From the NCBI GenBank assembly GCA_021731025.1, contig JAKFYD010000011.1:1889-65888 (forward strand): 64,000 bases of DNA. Reading direction: 5' to 3'. Every line of letters begins with the position of its first letter. Position 1 is the first letter of the stretch. Shown here one piece after another: positions 51,957 to 60,226 of the stretch. The position numbers and the translations under genes were made by a program. This DNA is from Pseudobdellovibrionaceae bacterium (GTDB lineage Bacteria > Bdellovibrionota > Bdellovibrionia > Bdellovibrionales > Bdellovibrionaceae). The notes beneath the pieces are model-generated. The model was given only the letters and a program-made list of their open reading frames with translations, had not been told where the DNA came from and did no database searches.

Positions 51957-53228
51957 TCACTGTGTGAGGCTCATGATTCTTTCAAAATTAGCTTTATTCA
52001 TGGGGAACCATAGATTTCCCATGTGTCCACCGTAAGGGTAGAGGACAAAGCGTTCGTGCATTGTATTCTCTAAGAATTCAATATCTGCAGGGGTAACCAA
52101 AAAATCATCTTTGTTCGTAAGAACGAAGATATTTTTATTATTTTTAAGGGTTTCAGCCAATGAAGTGAAATTCGCTTCATTAAGTGCGATTTCCATTTCT
52201 TCTCGTGTTGGAGTTTCTCGATTTGGTTTTAGAGAAGGCGCTAAAAAGCGTATGAAGTACTCGCGGAAACCAAACTGGCGAGCCTCTTTCATGCGCTCAT
52301 TGAATCTGTAAGGTAATGCTTTTTTCTTTAAAAATCCCAAGTCTTTAACTTGTTGGCTGGCAAAAATAACTTCGCTCAAATTTATGCGAAAGCTCTCGCC
52401 AATGAGCCAACGGCATTCCGGATGAGTCAGATGGAGCTTTTGTGCGGCACCTGCGACTAACTTAAGATCAAAACCTTCGCCCTGAATCTGACTCGCAACT
52501 GTAACCAGGGCACCCATAATATCAGATCTTCTTTCGGGAGTAATATTTTTTACTTCAGCGAAATAGTTATCCAGAAGCATCATGCTGGATTTCAAATTGA
52601 AAGGTGGATTGATAATAATAACTTTGGCGAAATTAAAAACTTTTTGCTTTTCATCTTCACGAGCTAAAAATCCTGAAAGTAATCCACCGTAAGAATAACC
52701 GGCCACAGAGATATCTGTGAAATTCAAGCCCTGTTGTTTTTTAAGAAAGGAAGTTACTTTTTTCATGAACTCATAATACTCGGGAGCATCACGCAATGGA
52801 TTGCCAGGTAAAGCACTTTCACTGACGCCTAAAACGTAGTGCCAAGAGATGGGGTCAGGCAAAGTGACAGCATGATATCCTTGAAGATAAAGCTGGCTCG
52901 CTAAAAGCAGTGCGCTTCCGCTAAGAGCTGTTCCACCTGTTCCTGAAATGATAAAGGCTAAGGGTGCTTTTTTGTTTTTATGTTCGAACAAAGCCAAGGG
53001 TACGGCATTTCGTTTTTCAAGTAAGGGAACGTTCCGGCGATCTTTGCGAACTTCAATTTTAAGAGTCTCGTAAGAAGCTAAAGGAGTATTAGCAGCAGAA
53101 GAAATTGTTGAGACGTAATGATCCTTGATCGGGAATGGGTATTCGCTTTCTGGGATAATTGTTGCCCAGGCCAAGTTGGTCGTTGTGAGAGCTATGAAAA
53201 CTTTTATTAAAAACAATGGTAATCGCAT
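51957..53228 (-). CDS. secreted alpha/beta-hydrolase (putative lipase/esterase)
   Basis: Signal peptide 'MRLPLFLIKVFIALTTTNLAWA' and nucleophile elbow 'VAGYSYGGLL'. The ORF opens at 53276; the later Met was chosen. Confidence 0.5.
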   Translation of the reverse strand: MRLPLFLIKVFIALTTTNLAWATIIPESEYPFPIKDHYVSTISSAANTPLASYETLKIEVRKDRRNVPLLEKRNAVPLALFEHKNKKAPLAFIISGTGGTALSGSALLLASQLYLQGYHAVTLPDPISWHYVLGVSESALPGNPLRDAPEYYEFMKKVTSFLKKQQGLNFTDISVAGYSYGGLLSGFLAREDEKQKVFNFAKVIIINPPFNLKSSMMLLDNYFAEVKNITPERRSDIMGALVTVASQIQGEGFDLKLVAGAAQKLHLTHPECRWLIGESFRINLSEVIFASQQVKDLGFLKKKALPYRFNERMKEARQFGFREYFIRFLAPSLKPNRETPTREEMEIALNEANFTSLAETLKNNKNIFVLTNKDDFLVTPADIEFLENTMHERFVLYPYGGHMGNLWFPMNKANFERIMSLTQ

Positions 53229-53412
53229 TTGAGTGGAATCCTTTTGGCCGGAATATAGCTCACAGAAAATTTCCACACAATGGCAATCTCGAGGACCCTA
53301 AGAATGTGGAAATATTTTTACAATTCAACTCGAGATGTGATGTAAAAATGAAAGAATTTTGTAGTACCAACTTGGAACCATGCTTTTTCCGAGAGGAAAA
53401 AAGAGGTATCTC

Positions 53413-53796
53413 TCATTTTTTTGAGGCTTTTTGGTAGTGTGTTTTTGTAATTACGAAACAGTAGATGATTGAAACCACCAGGGGCGCCGCTACGGTTTTG
53501 GCCAAATTTTGTGTGTGATTGATCCAGTGAATGAGGATCAGCAAGATCCCTGTATGACCAACGGTAAATAATACAGGCCACAAGTAAGGGATTGGCCATG
53601 AGCTTGTTCGCCGAGCAAAGAAGACTACGGCCAAGGACATATAGAGTGTCATAGCTCCGCTATAAACGGCTTGAACGGCAGCTGTTCGCAAAGCTTCGGT
53701 GAGATTGTCTTCATGATAGTTCACGTAAAAGGCCCATAGCCCCCACATAAGAGAGGCGCCTAAAACTGAAAAAGTGATCAGTGCTTTTGAACTCAT
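53413..53796 (-). CDS. small 4-TM membrane protein, unknown function
   Basis: 127 aa with four hydrophobic segments. No recognised motif. Confidence 0.4.
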   Translation of the reverse strand: MSSKALITFSVLGASLMWGLWAFYVNYHEDNLTEALRTAAVQAVYSGAMTLYMSLAVVFFARRTSSWPIPYLWPVLFTVGHTGILLILIHWINHTQNLAKTVAAPLVVSIIYCFVITKTHYQKASKK

Positions 53797-53869
53797 TTAA
53801 ATCCTTAGAGCTTGAGTTGAATCCAATTTTAAACTTGATCTTCTTTGAAAAGCAAAAAAGGATTAGGTT

Positions 53870-54790
53870 ATGACTCATTCCAATGTGCCTGCTGATGTTT
53901 TTGGAAGGTATTTTTTTATTTCTTTGGGTCTATTTCTTTCAGTCGTAACCATCGTGTTTCTGCTGATCAAAAAGAAAAAAGGAAATAGCCAACTCATCAA
54001 AGAAATTCTTATACGGATCTATTCTTGGTGGGCTATCAGTTTTATCTTTTTTGTGGCCTACAATTTTGATCGAGTTGGCTTCGCCGTTGTTTTTACTTTG
54101 ATAAGTTTGTTTGGCGTTCATGAAGTCTTTCGAATCCTTCGGCAAAGAATGAAATTCAGGAAAATTATTTACCTCATTTATTTTTTGATTCCTCTGCAAT
54201 ACTATTTGATTCTGAATGGCAGTGCCCATGCTTATTTAGCTTTTGTACCGATTGGTTCATTTATCATCTTGCCTTCATTCAGCATCTTCTTGCGTTCGTC
54301 AGAAAATTTCTTAAGTCAGGTTTCATCCATCCAGTGGTGTTTGATGATGACGATTTACTGTCTCAGTCATACGGTCATGCTTTCGAAATACAACAGTTCG
54401 GTGATTTTGTTGTTGTTTTTTCTGACTCAGTTGAATGACGTGGCTCAATTCACTTGGGGTAAAACTTTTGGTCGTCGAAAAATCATTCCCCATATGAGCC
54501 CGAACAAAACCTGGGAAGGACTTATCGGTGGAGCCCTCACTTTGGGAGTGGTCTCGGCCTTTTTAATGCCCATGGTTTTGCCGCTGTCTTATTTAGAAAG
54601 TTTTTTTGTGGGGCTATTTCTTTCGCCCCTGGGATTTTTTGGCGATGTTGTGTTGTCAGCCGTTAAAAGAGATTTTGGTGTGAAGGACTATGGCAGTTCT
54701 ATTCCTGGACATGGTGGTTTTATGGATCGCTTTGATAGTCTTACTTTTACGGCACCTGCTCTTTATTATTTTCTATTTTTAATCCTTTGA
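53870..54790 (+). CDS. phosphatidate cytidylyltransferase-family (CdsA-like) enzyme
   Basis: Family signature 'SAVKRDFGVKDYGSSIPGHGGFMDRFDS' near the C-terminus. Polytopic membrane protein. Confidence 0.85.
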   Translation: MTHSNVPADVFGRYFFISLGLFLSVVTIVFLLIKKKKGNSQLIKEILIRIYSWWAISFIFFVAYNFDRVGFAVVFTLISLFGVHEVFRILRQRMKFRKIIYLIYFLIPLQYYLILNGSAHAYLAFVPIGSFIILPSFSIFLRSSENFLSQVSSIQWCLMMTIYCLSHTVMLSKYNSSVILLLFFLTQLNDVAQFTWGKTFGRRKIIPHMSPNKTWEGLIGGALTLGVVSAFLMPMVLPLSYLESFFVGLFLSPLGFFGDVVLSAVKRDFGVKDYGSSIPGHGGFMDRFDSLTFTAPALYYFLFLIL

Positions 54791-55434
54791 TGGAGTGTAA
54801 AAAAATGAATGTTGTTCGTCGCCCCGTTAAATCCCGAGAGCAAGGTTGGTCAAAATCACTAGCGCAGAATCTTTACCGGATGGGTTTAAAGCCAAATTTT
54901 GTATCGGTGATGAGCTCTGTCTTTGCTGCGGGTGCGGGTTTCTGTATCTTTAAAAGTGGCCAGGGCTCGTTTTTTATTCTTCTTTCTTTGGTCTTTATTC
55001 AGATGAGATTGATCTGCAATCTCATCGATGGAATGTTGGCCATAGAGCATGGGCTTAAATCTAAAGTTGGTGAAATTTACAATGATCTTCCAGATCGCTT
55101 TTCTGACTTATTTATTATTGTTCCCTTAGGATATGCCATTGTCGAAAAAGCTTGGGCTCTGGAGCTGGCGTGGATTGCGGGAACTCTTGCCGTGTTAACG
55201 GCCTACGTGCGCATTTTGGGTGCGGTTGCGGGGGCTCCACAGTTTTTCATTGGGCCAATGGCAAAACAACATCGCATGGCTTTAATTAATTTAACGATGT
55301 TAGTGGCGTTAATTGAATACAATATGAGCTCTACCATCGTTCAATCATTTTTTTGGTGCTTAATCATTCTTGCTTTTGGTTCTTTAATAACTGTCGTGCG
55401 AAGGCTCAGAATCATCTTTAAAGCCCTCACCTAA
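54790..55434 (+). CDS. CDP-alcohol phosphatidyltransferase-family enzyme
   Basis: 'NLIDGMLAIEHGLKSKVGEIYNDLPDRFSD' matches the DG..A...G...D...D family motif, with Ile in place of the usual Arg. The ATG overlaps the upstream TGA (TGATG). Confidence 0.75.
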   Translation: MECKKMNVVRRPVKSREQGWSKSLAQNLYRMGLKPNFVSVMSSVFAAGAGFCIFKSGQGSFFILLSLVFIQMRLICNLIDGMLAIEHGLKSKVGEIYNDLPDRFSDLFIIVPLGYAIVEKAWALELAWIAGTLAVLTAYVRILGAVAGAPQFFIGPMAKQHRMALINLTMLVALIEYNMSSTIVQSFFWCLIILAFGSLITVVRRLRIIFKALT

Positions 55435-55437
55435 CTT

Positions 55438-56535
55438 TTATTCCTTTTCAAAAATATGAAATTTATAAACACCGGTGCCGTCAATTTGGTGTGCCCATGA
55501 TTCCTTTGTTGCCAATTGAGTCCAACCCTTGTGATCAATGGCAGTTGGCGCACGCATGAAAGAACGGATAACAACTCGGGAAGTTTTTTTTGTTTCAGGG
55601 TGAAGCTTCTGTAGAATCTGATTCGCAGCTTCTGTTGGCAAATACGAGATCGTGTCTGAAAGAGAGATGAACTGAAAAGGTTTGGTCGGTAAAATATCTA
55701 AAAGATTTCCAACATGATAGTGAATCTGGGTAGAAGATTTTTTACTTTCATGAAATATTTTGTCGTGGGCCTCTAAGGGAAGACCCTCTTCGTAGCGAAT
55801 TTCTCCAAGAAAAAGAATCTGCATAAAATAATTTTTTCGCACAAGTTGATTTTTGAAAATGCGTTCGAACTCTTCTTGAATAAATTGGTAAGGCGGGCGA
55901 TCTTCAGTTCGGTGATGAGCTTGCCCGCTAAAATGACCTTTGTAGAGATACTTATTAAAAACATACTCGCTAGCTAAAATTCTTAAAAATGATTTCCAAC
56001 GAAGGTGAGGCCAATGTTTTTCATAGAGGGAAATTTGTTCCCTTAAATTTTGCGCTTTGAAAAGAAACGAAAAATCACATTGAAGATAATCGCGGAAGAT
56101 AAGGCCAAGCTTTTGAAAGTGAGATTCCCAACGGCCCAACAAAATAAAACCTTGTTTTTCCCAGCCTTCCTTTCGGTCTTGCCAATAGGCTTTCGTTTCA
56201 GGTTTCAATTGAATCTTTTGAAAAATTTCCGAACGTGAATCACCAGCATCAGATCCGCCTTGAGTGGCGCCACGGTAGCCAAAGAAAAATAACCACTGTT
56301 GATAGCTCAATTGGCGCATGGCTTCGAATCTAAGCTCACAGAGGTGAATCTGTGCGGGACTCATGTCGATGATGTGCAGTTCGCGAGGATTTCGTGCGAT
56401 CAGAGGTAAACAGCGTGCCCCAGATCCAGCGATGCTAAATATGCAATCGGCTTGATTGGGAAGGAGTTCGTGTTCCACACGAGTGTCTTCGTTGGCCAGT
56501 GTGTAATTTAAATCTGAAAAATACTCTTGAGCCAT
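55438..56535 (-). CDS. BtaA-like (DUF3419) putative SAM-dependent 3-amino-3-carboxypropyl transferase
   Basis: 'YFSDLNYTLANEDTRVEHELL' and 'IFSIAGSGARCLPLIA' (SAM-binding-like). Start set at 'MAQEYF', with GGAGGAA SD, 1 nt after the upstream stop. Confidence 0.6.
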   Translation of the reverse strand: MAQEYFSDLNYTLANEDTRVEHELLPNQADCIFSIAGSGARCLPLIARNPRELHIIDMSPAQIHLCELRFEAMRQLSYQQWLFFFGYRGATQGGSDAGDSRSEIFQKIQLKPETKAYWQDRKEGWEKQGFILLGRWESHFQKLGLIFRDYLQCDFSFLFKAQNLREQISLYEKHWPHLRWKSFLRILASEYVFNKYLYKGHFSGQAHHRTEDRPPYQFIQEEFERIFKNQLVRKNYFMQILFLGEIRYEEGLPLEAHDKIFHESKKSSTQIHYHVGNLLDILPTKPFQFISLSDTISYLPTEAANQILQKLHPETKKTSRVVIRSFMRAPTAIDHKGWTQLATKESWAHQIDGTGVYKFHIFEKE

Positions 56536-56536
56536 A

Positions 56537-57625
56537 TTATTTTCCTCCTCTGAAAGATCCACTGTATTGGAATCTAAATCCAAACAAGGTTCCCCCGGTG
56601 TTTTGTTCAATAATCGATGCGTAATTAAAATTTTCGCCGTGATAATTTTGCAGCAACAGAGTTAAACCCCAGTTGCGCAGCCAGGTGTAAGTGTAAGTGG
56701 CGCTGTAAAAGACATTTGTATAATCTTTGTTAGAGAAATTCTGCCATTGGAACTCGTGGCGACCACGAGAATAAGTTGCAGATAAATATCCCACGAGCTG
56801 GCTGGAATCAGGTGAGGAAAGATTTTCGTTACTAAATCCTGTCACCTGAGGAGTGATGGTCCATTGATCCCAGAAAATATCTAATCCAAAAGTACTGAAT
56901 GCGGATCGACGGCTCAGAAGGGCATCGTTTTTTTGTTCATTAATTGTTCCACCAACTTCGATTTTTGGAACAAATTTTTCAAAAGCATAGTTGGCACTAA
57001 AGCCAAAAGTGTTTTGGCGAAGTGCGCGCGCGGCAACAAAGGAAGACTGTATGCCTCCCAAAGCCATTTTGATTCTCATTCCAGGATTCACGGCTTCTTC
57101 TTCGGCTATTTTTTCAAGAATGGGATAAGGTGCGGGGTAGGTATCCTGAGGAACCTCCCACATTGCAGCGAGATCCATCGACCATGTCGAACCAACAAAG
57201 GTAAAAACGGCACCGGTCGAATGAGCTAATTGAAATGGAAGAGGATCAATAAATAATCTTTCATAGCGGCGGGCGGTCCACACATCCAGCGAAGGGGTAA
57301 TCCAAGAGTCACTCCAGCGATTGGCTTGTCGTCCCAGTTTGAAGTAAATCGAATTCCCCGCATATTCTCCGTAGAGTTCTTGCAGATAGGCTGCGTTTTT
57401 CGAGCGCCGCCAAGTTTTCTGTTCTTCAGGGGCAAAATCAGCGTCCGCGAAACCATCTGCAAAAAATTTAAATTTTTGGGTCTGAAGGGAAAGATCTGTT
57501 TGCAGCAAAGTTCTGTTGAATGAAATTTCTTTGCCGCTGATAAGATCATAACGAGGGTTGATATTAAAGTCGATGGCCCATGCCGAATTCACTTGGACTA
57601 AAATCAGCAGGATCCAGGTTCGCAT
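56537..57625 (-). CDS. outer-membrane beta-barrel protein (unknown family)
   Basis: Signal peptide 'MRTWILLILVQVNSAWA'. Aromatic-rich alternating strands ('YSATYTYTWLRNWGLTLLLQNY', 'LFGFRFQYSG'). Abuts the LolA-like gene with no gap. Confidence 0.55.
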   Translation of the reverse strand: MRTWILLILVQVNSAWAIDFNINPRYDLISGKEISFNRTLLQTDLSLQTQKFKFFADGFADADFAPEEQKTWRRSKNAAYLQELYGEYAGNSIYFKLGRQANRWSDSWITPSLDVWTARRYERLFIDPLPFQLAHSTGAVFTFVGSTWSMDLAAMWEVPQDTYPAPYPILEKIAEEEAVNPGMRIKMALGGIQSSFVAARALRQNTFGFSANYAFEKFVPKIEVGGTINEQKNDALLSRRSAFSTFGLDIFWDQWTITPQVTGFSNENLSSPDSSQLVGYLSATYSRGRHEFQWQNFSNKDYTNVFYSATYTYTWLRNWGLTLLLQNYHGENFNYASIIEQNTGGTLFGFRFQYSGSFRGGK

Positions 57626-58315
57626 TTATTTGAGTGACTCCATATTTCTAACGCTGAAGAAAGAATCTTCAAAAGATTTTGGTGTCATACTGAGAATTTT
57701 AACCTGTGATTTTTTTTTATTTGTGTCTTCAATACGTATCAAGGTCGGCCGCACATCTCCGGCAATCTGTTTGTAATTTTCAAAGTAGGCTTTTTTCAAC
57801 AAAGTTTTTCCATTAAGCCCTAGGTATTCTGTGCGTAAAGGACGATTCGTTTTTTTATCAATCCATAGACGGATCCAAGAGTAAGTTAAATTTTCTTTGT
57901 TGGCTTTTAAGAGCAGCTGCGCCTCTTCGGGAGTTTCCTTCTCGAGTGTGGGGGTGTAGTCACCGTGCCAACGTGTTCGTGAAATATCCCCATTGGCAAC
58001 TTGACCTGACAGTTTTTGGGCCAAGGATAAGCGCATAGATCTTTTTAGGTTCGGGATATATGCTTGAAAGTCCCGGTCGAGCATCAGCATATTGCGTCCA
58101 CGGTCACGGGCTGGTGATTTGGTGACGATAATAGTTTTATCCTGACCCTTCATATAAACTTCAAATTCCATGGCATCACCATCGCCTTCAACCTCGACGT
58201 TCATCACGTAGGATTGTGCGGGATTTCTAATTTCATCAGCTTTTTTAAGAAGTGCTTCGGGATTTGTGGCTGCGTGCAGTGGCAAAGCGAACAACAGTAA
58301 AAAAACGAATTTCAT
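57626..58315 (-). CDS. LolA-like 'outer membrane lipoprotein-sorting' periplasmic protein
   Basis: Signal peptide. 'ALLKKADEIRNP...KSPARDRGRNMLMLDRDFQAYIPNLKRSMRLS' is typical of the LolA_like family found next to FtsX-type ABC exporters. Confidence 0.6.
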   Translation of the reverse strand: MKFVFLLLFALPLHAATNPEALLKKADEIRNPAQSYVMNVEVEGDGDAMEFEVYMKGQDKTIIVTKSPARDRGRNMLMLDRDFQAYIPNLKRSMRLSLAQKLSGQVANGDISRTRWHGDYTPTLEKETPEEAQLLLKANKENLTYSWIRLWIDKKTNRPLRTEYLGLNGKTLLKKAYFENYKQIAGDVRPTLIRIEDTNKKKSQVKILSMTPKSFEDSFFSVRNMESLK

Positions 58316-58353
58316 AATGACACCTTCCTGTTACCTTATATAAATTATAGAAT

Positions 58354-59028
58354 ATGGATTTACTTTATAAGTTAGAATCAATTCAGTACAGCTATGTTTG
58401 GAATCAACAGCAGATTTCTGTTCTAAAGGGCATTTCTTTAGACATACCCCGCGGGTCATTCACCTGTTTGGTGGGTCCGAGTGGTGTGGGAAAAACCACT
58501 CTGTTGAATTTAATGGGTGTCATTGAGAACCCGACCAAGGGCCGTTTGATTTTCTGTGATCAGTCGATTGCTGAATTGAATGAAAAAGAAAAAGAAAATA
58601 TCCGTTTAAAAAATATCGGTTTCGTTTTTCAAGCCTTCTATTTGATTCCCACGCTGACAGTGCTTGAAAACGCTTCTTACTTTCTTCCCTCATTGGGAAT
58701 GGACCGAAAAAAAGCGGATCAGTGGGCCAGCGAAATTTTAGACCTTTTAGGTTTAGCAGATCAGCGCCATAAAAAACCTCTCGAACTTTCAGGAGGTCAG
58801 CGTCAGCGGGTGGCGATCGCTCGTGCTATGGCTAAACGTCCAAAAGTTATTTTGGCTGATGAGCCAACAGCAAATTTGGATTCTGTGACTGCTGACAAAA
58901 CGATTGCGGCTTTTAAAGAATTGCAACGGGTGGAAAATACCAGTTTTATTTTTGCGACCCATGATTCTCATTTGGTGGGTTATGCAAAGAATGTTTTAAA
59001 AATGAAAGATGGATTGATTTATGAATGA
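58354..59028 (+). CDS. ABC transporter ATP-binding protein (LolD/MacB-type)
   Basis: Walker A 'GPSGVGKTT', signature 'LSGGQRQRVAIARA', Walker B 'ILADEPT'. Confidence 0.9.
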   Translation: MDLLYKLESIQYSYVWNQQQISVLKGISLDIPRGSFTCLVGPSGVGKTTLLNLMGVIENPTKGRLIFCDQSIAELNEKEKENIRLKNIGFVFQAFYLIPTLTVLENASYFLPSLGMDRKKADQWASEILDLLGLADQRHKKPLELSGGQRQRVAIARAMAKRPKVILADEPTANLDSVTADKTIAAFKELQRVENTSFIFATHDSHLVGYAKNVLKMKDGLIYE

Positions 59029-60226
59029 TCTTTTAAAACTCTCTTGGCGAAATCTTTTTCGTAATCCACGCCGAACATTGGCTAGTTTGATCACCGTGGG
59101 ACTTGGTGCTGCGGGCTTATTAATTTATCAAGGTTTTAACACGGGCATTATGAACCAGTATCGAGAAAATACAATTCACGGTCACTACGGCTATGGCCAG
59201 GTGTTTCCCAAAGGTTATCATGGAAAAGTTTTAGAAAAACCTTGGGAAGCATGGATCACTAATTGGACTGAGGTTGAAAAGCAATTGAAGTCAGTGTCTG
59301 CGATCAATGAAGTCTTTCCCCGGGTCACATTTTATTCTTTCTTAGTTAAAGGTGGAGTGACCTTAGGTGGAAAAGGCGATGGCATTATTCCTGAACGTGA
59401 GAATAAATTTTTTAATCAGCTGAACTTTATTGCGGGTGGAGATATTCAAGGTGATGATGAAGTGATTCTCGGAAAAGGTTTAGCAGAAAGTTTAGATGCT
59501 AAAGTCGGCGAAACGATTACTCTTTTATCTCAGACAATTAACGGACAATTGAATGGAGTTGATGCAAAAGTTGCTGGAGTTTTCCATATTGGAATCAAAA
59601 AAGTTGATGACACTTATTTCCGTTTAAATTTAAAAGCGGCCCAAGGTTTACTGAACACCGACCGCATCGAATCTTTTTCGCTGGATACGAAAGGGGTCGA
59701 ATACTGGGATGAAGTGGCCCAGGGTATTGTCGAAAAAAATCCTAATCTAGAGCCCATTCGATTTGAAATTTTGGATAAAGTCTACTACCAAAATTCCGTC
59801 GATTTTTTGGCCGCGCAATTTGCTTTTATTCGTTCGATCATTTTGCTGATTGTGGCTTTAGGAATTTTTAACACCATCGCAGTGGGATTGTTGGAAAGAG
59901 GAGGCGAGGTCGGAGCCTTGCGTGCGAACGGTGAAAGCCGGTCCCGTCTATTTAAGATTTTTATGTTTGAAAGTGCTTTCGTTGGTGTCCTTGGTGGAAT
60001 GTTGGGTGTGGTGATTGCTTTTATTATGTGGGGAATGTTGTCCAAAGGAATTCCCATGCCTCCGGGACCGGGGATCACTCGTCAGTATCTTATATTTCTT
60101 GAAATTAAACCTTCGCACTTGATACAGGCTTTACTCTTGCCGGCGATTGCGGCCGTTGTTTCAAGCTTGTGGCCTATCTATAAACTTTTAAGAAAAAGCA
60201 TTCCTGAATTATTACGAACGACTTGA
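59021..60226 (+). CDS. FtsX-family ABC permease (LolC/E- or MacB-like)
   Basis: N-terminal TM, ~230 aa periplasmic domain and a C-terminal 3-TM FtsX module ('ALGIFNTIAVGLLERGGEVGALRANGESR'). Overlaps the ATPase gene by 8 nt. Confidence 0.8.
   Translation: MNDLLKLSWRNLFRNPRRTLASLITVGLGAAGLLIYQGFNTGIMNQYRENTIHGHYGYGQVFPKGYHGKVLEKPWEAWITNWTEVEKQLKSVSAINEVFPRVTFYSFLVKGGVTLGGKGDGIIPERENKFFNQLNFIAGGDIQGDDEVILGKGLAESLDAKVGETITLLSQTINGQLNGVDAKVAGVFHIGIKKVDDTYFRLNLKAAQGLLNTDRIESFSLDTKGVEYWDEVAQGIVEKNPNLEPIRFEILDKVYYQNSVDFLAAQFAFIRSIILLIVALGIFNTIAVGLLERGGEVGALRANGESRSRLFKIFMFESAFVGVLGGMLGVVIAFIMWGMLSKGIPMPPGPGITRQYLIFLEIKPSHLIQALLLPAIAAVVSSLWPIYKLLRKSIPELLRTT

Noticed and set aside
51953-51971. Perfect 8 bp hairpin (AGCCTCAC-tgt-GTGAGGCT) between the convergent gcdH-like and hydrolase genes, considered as a bidirectional terminator
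   Set aside because: There is no U-tract on either strand and the hairpin overlaps the last codons of the hydrolase ORF. It may still aid termination or mRNA stability, but I cannot support a terminator call.
56537-56610. Apparent 74 nt overlap between the OM-barrel gene and the BtaA-like ORF
   Set aside because: The overlap disappears when the internal Met 'MAQEYF' (ATG at 56535) is used. This start has a GGAGGAA SD and begins 1 nt after the upstream stop. The longer N-terminus is probably not translated.
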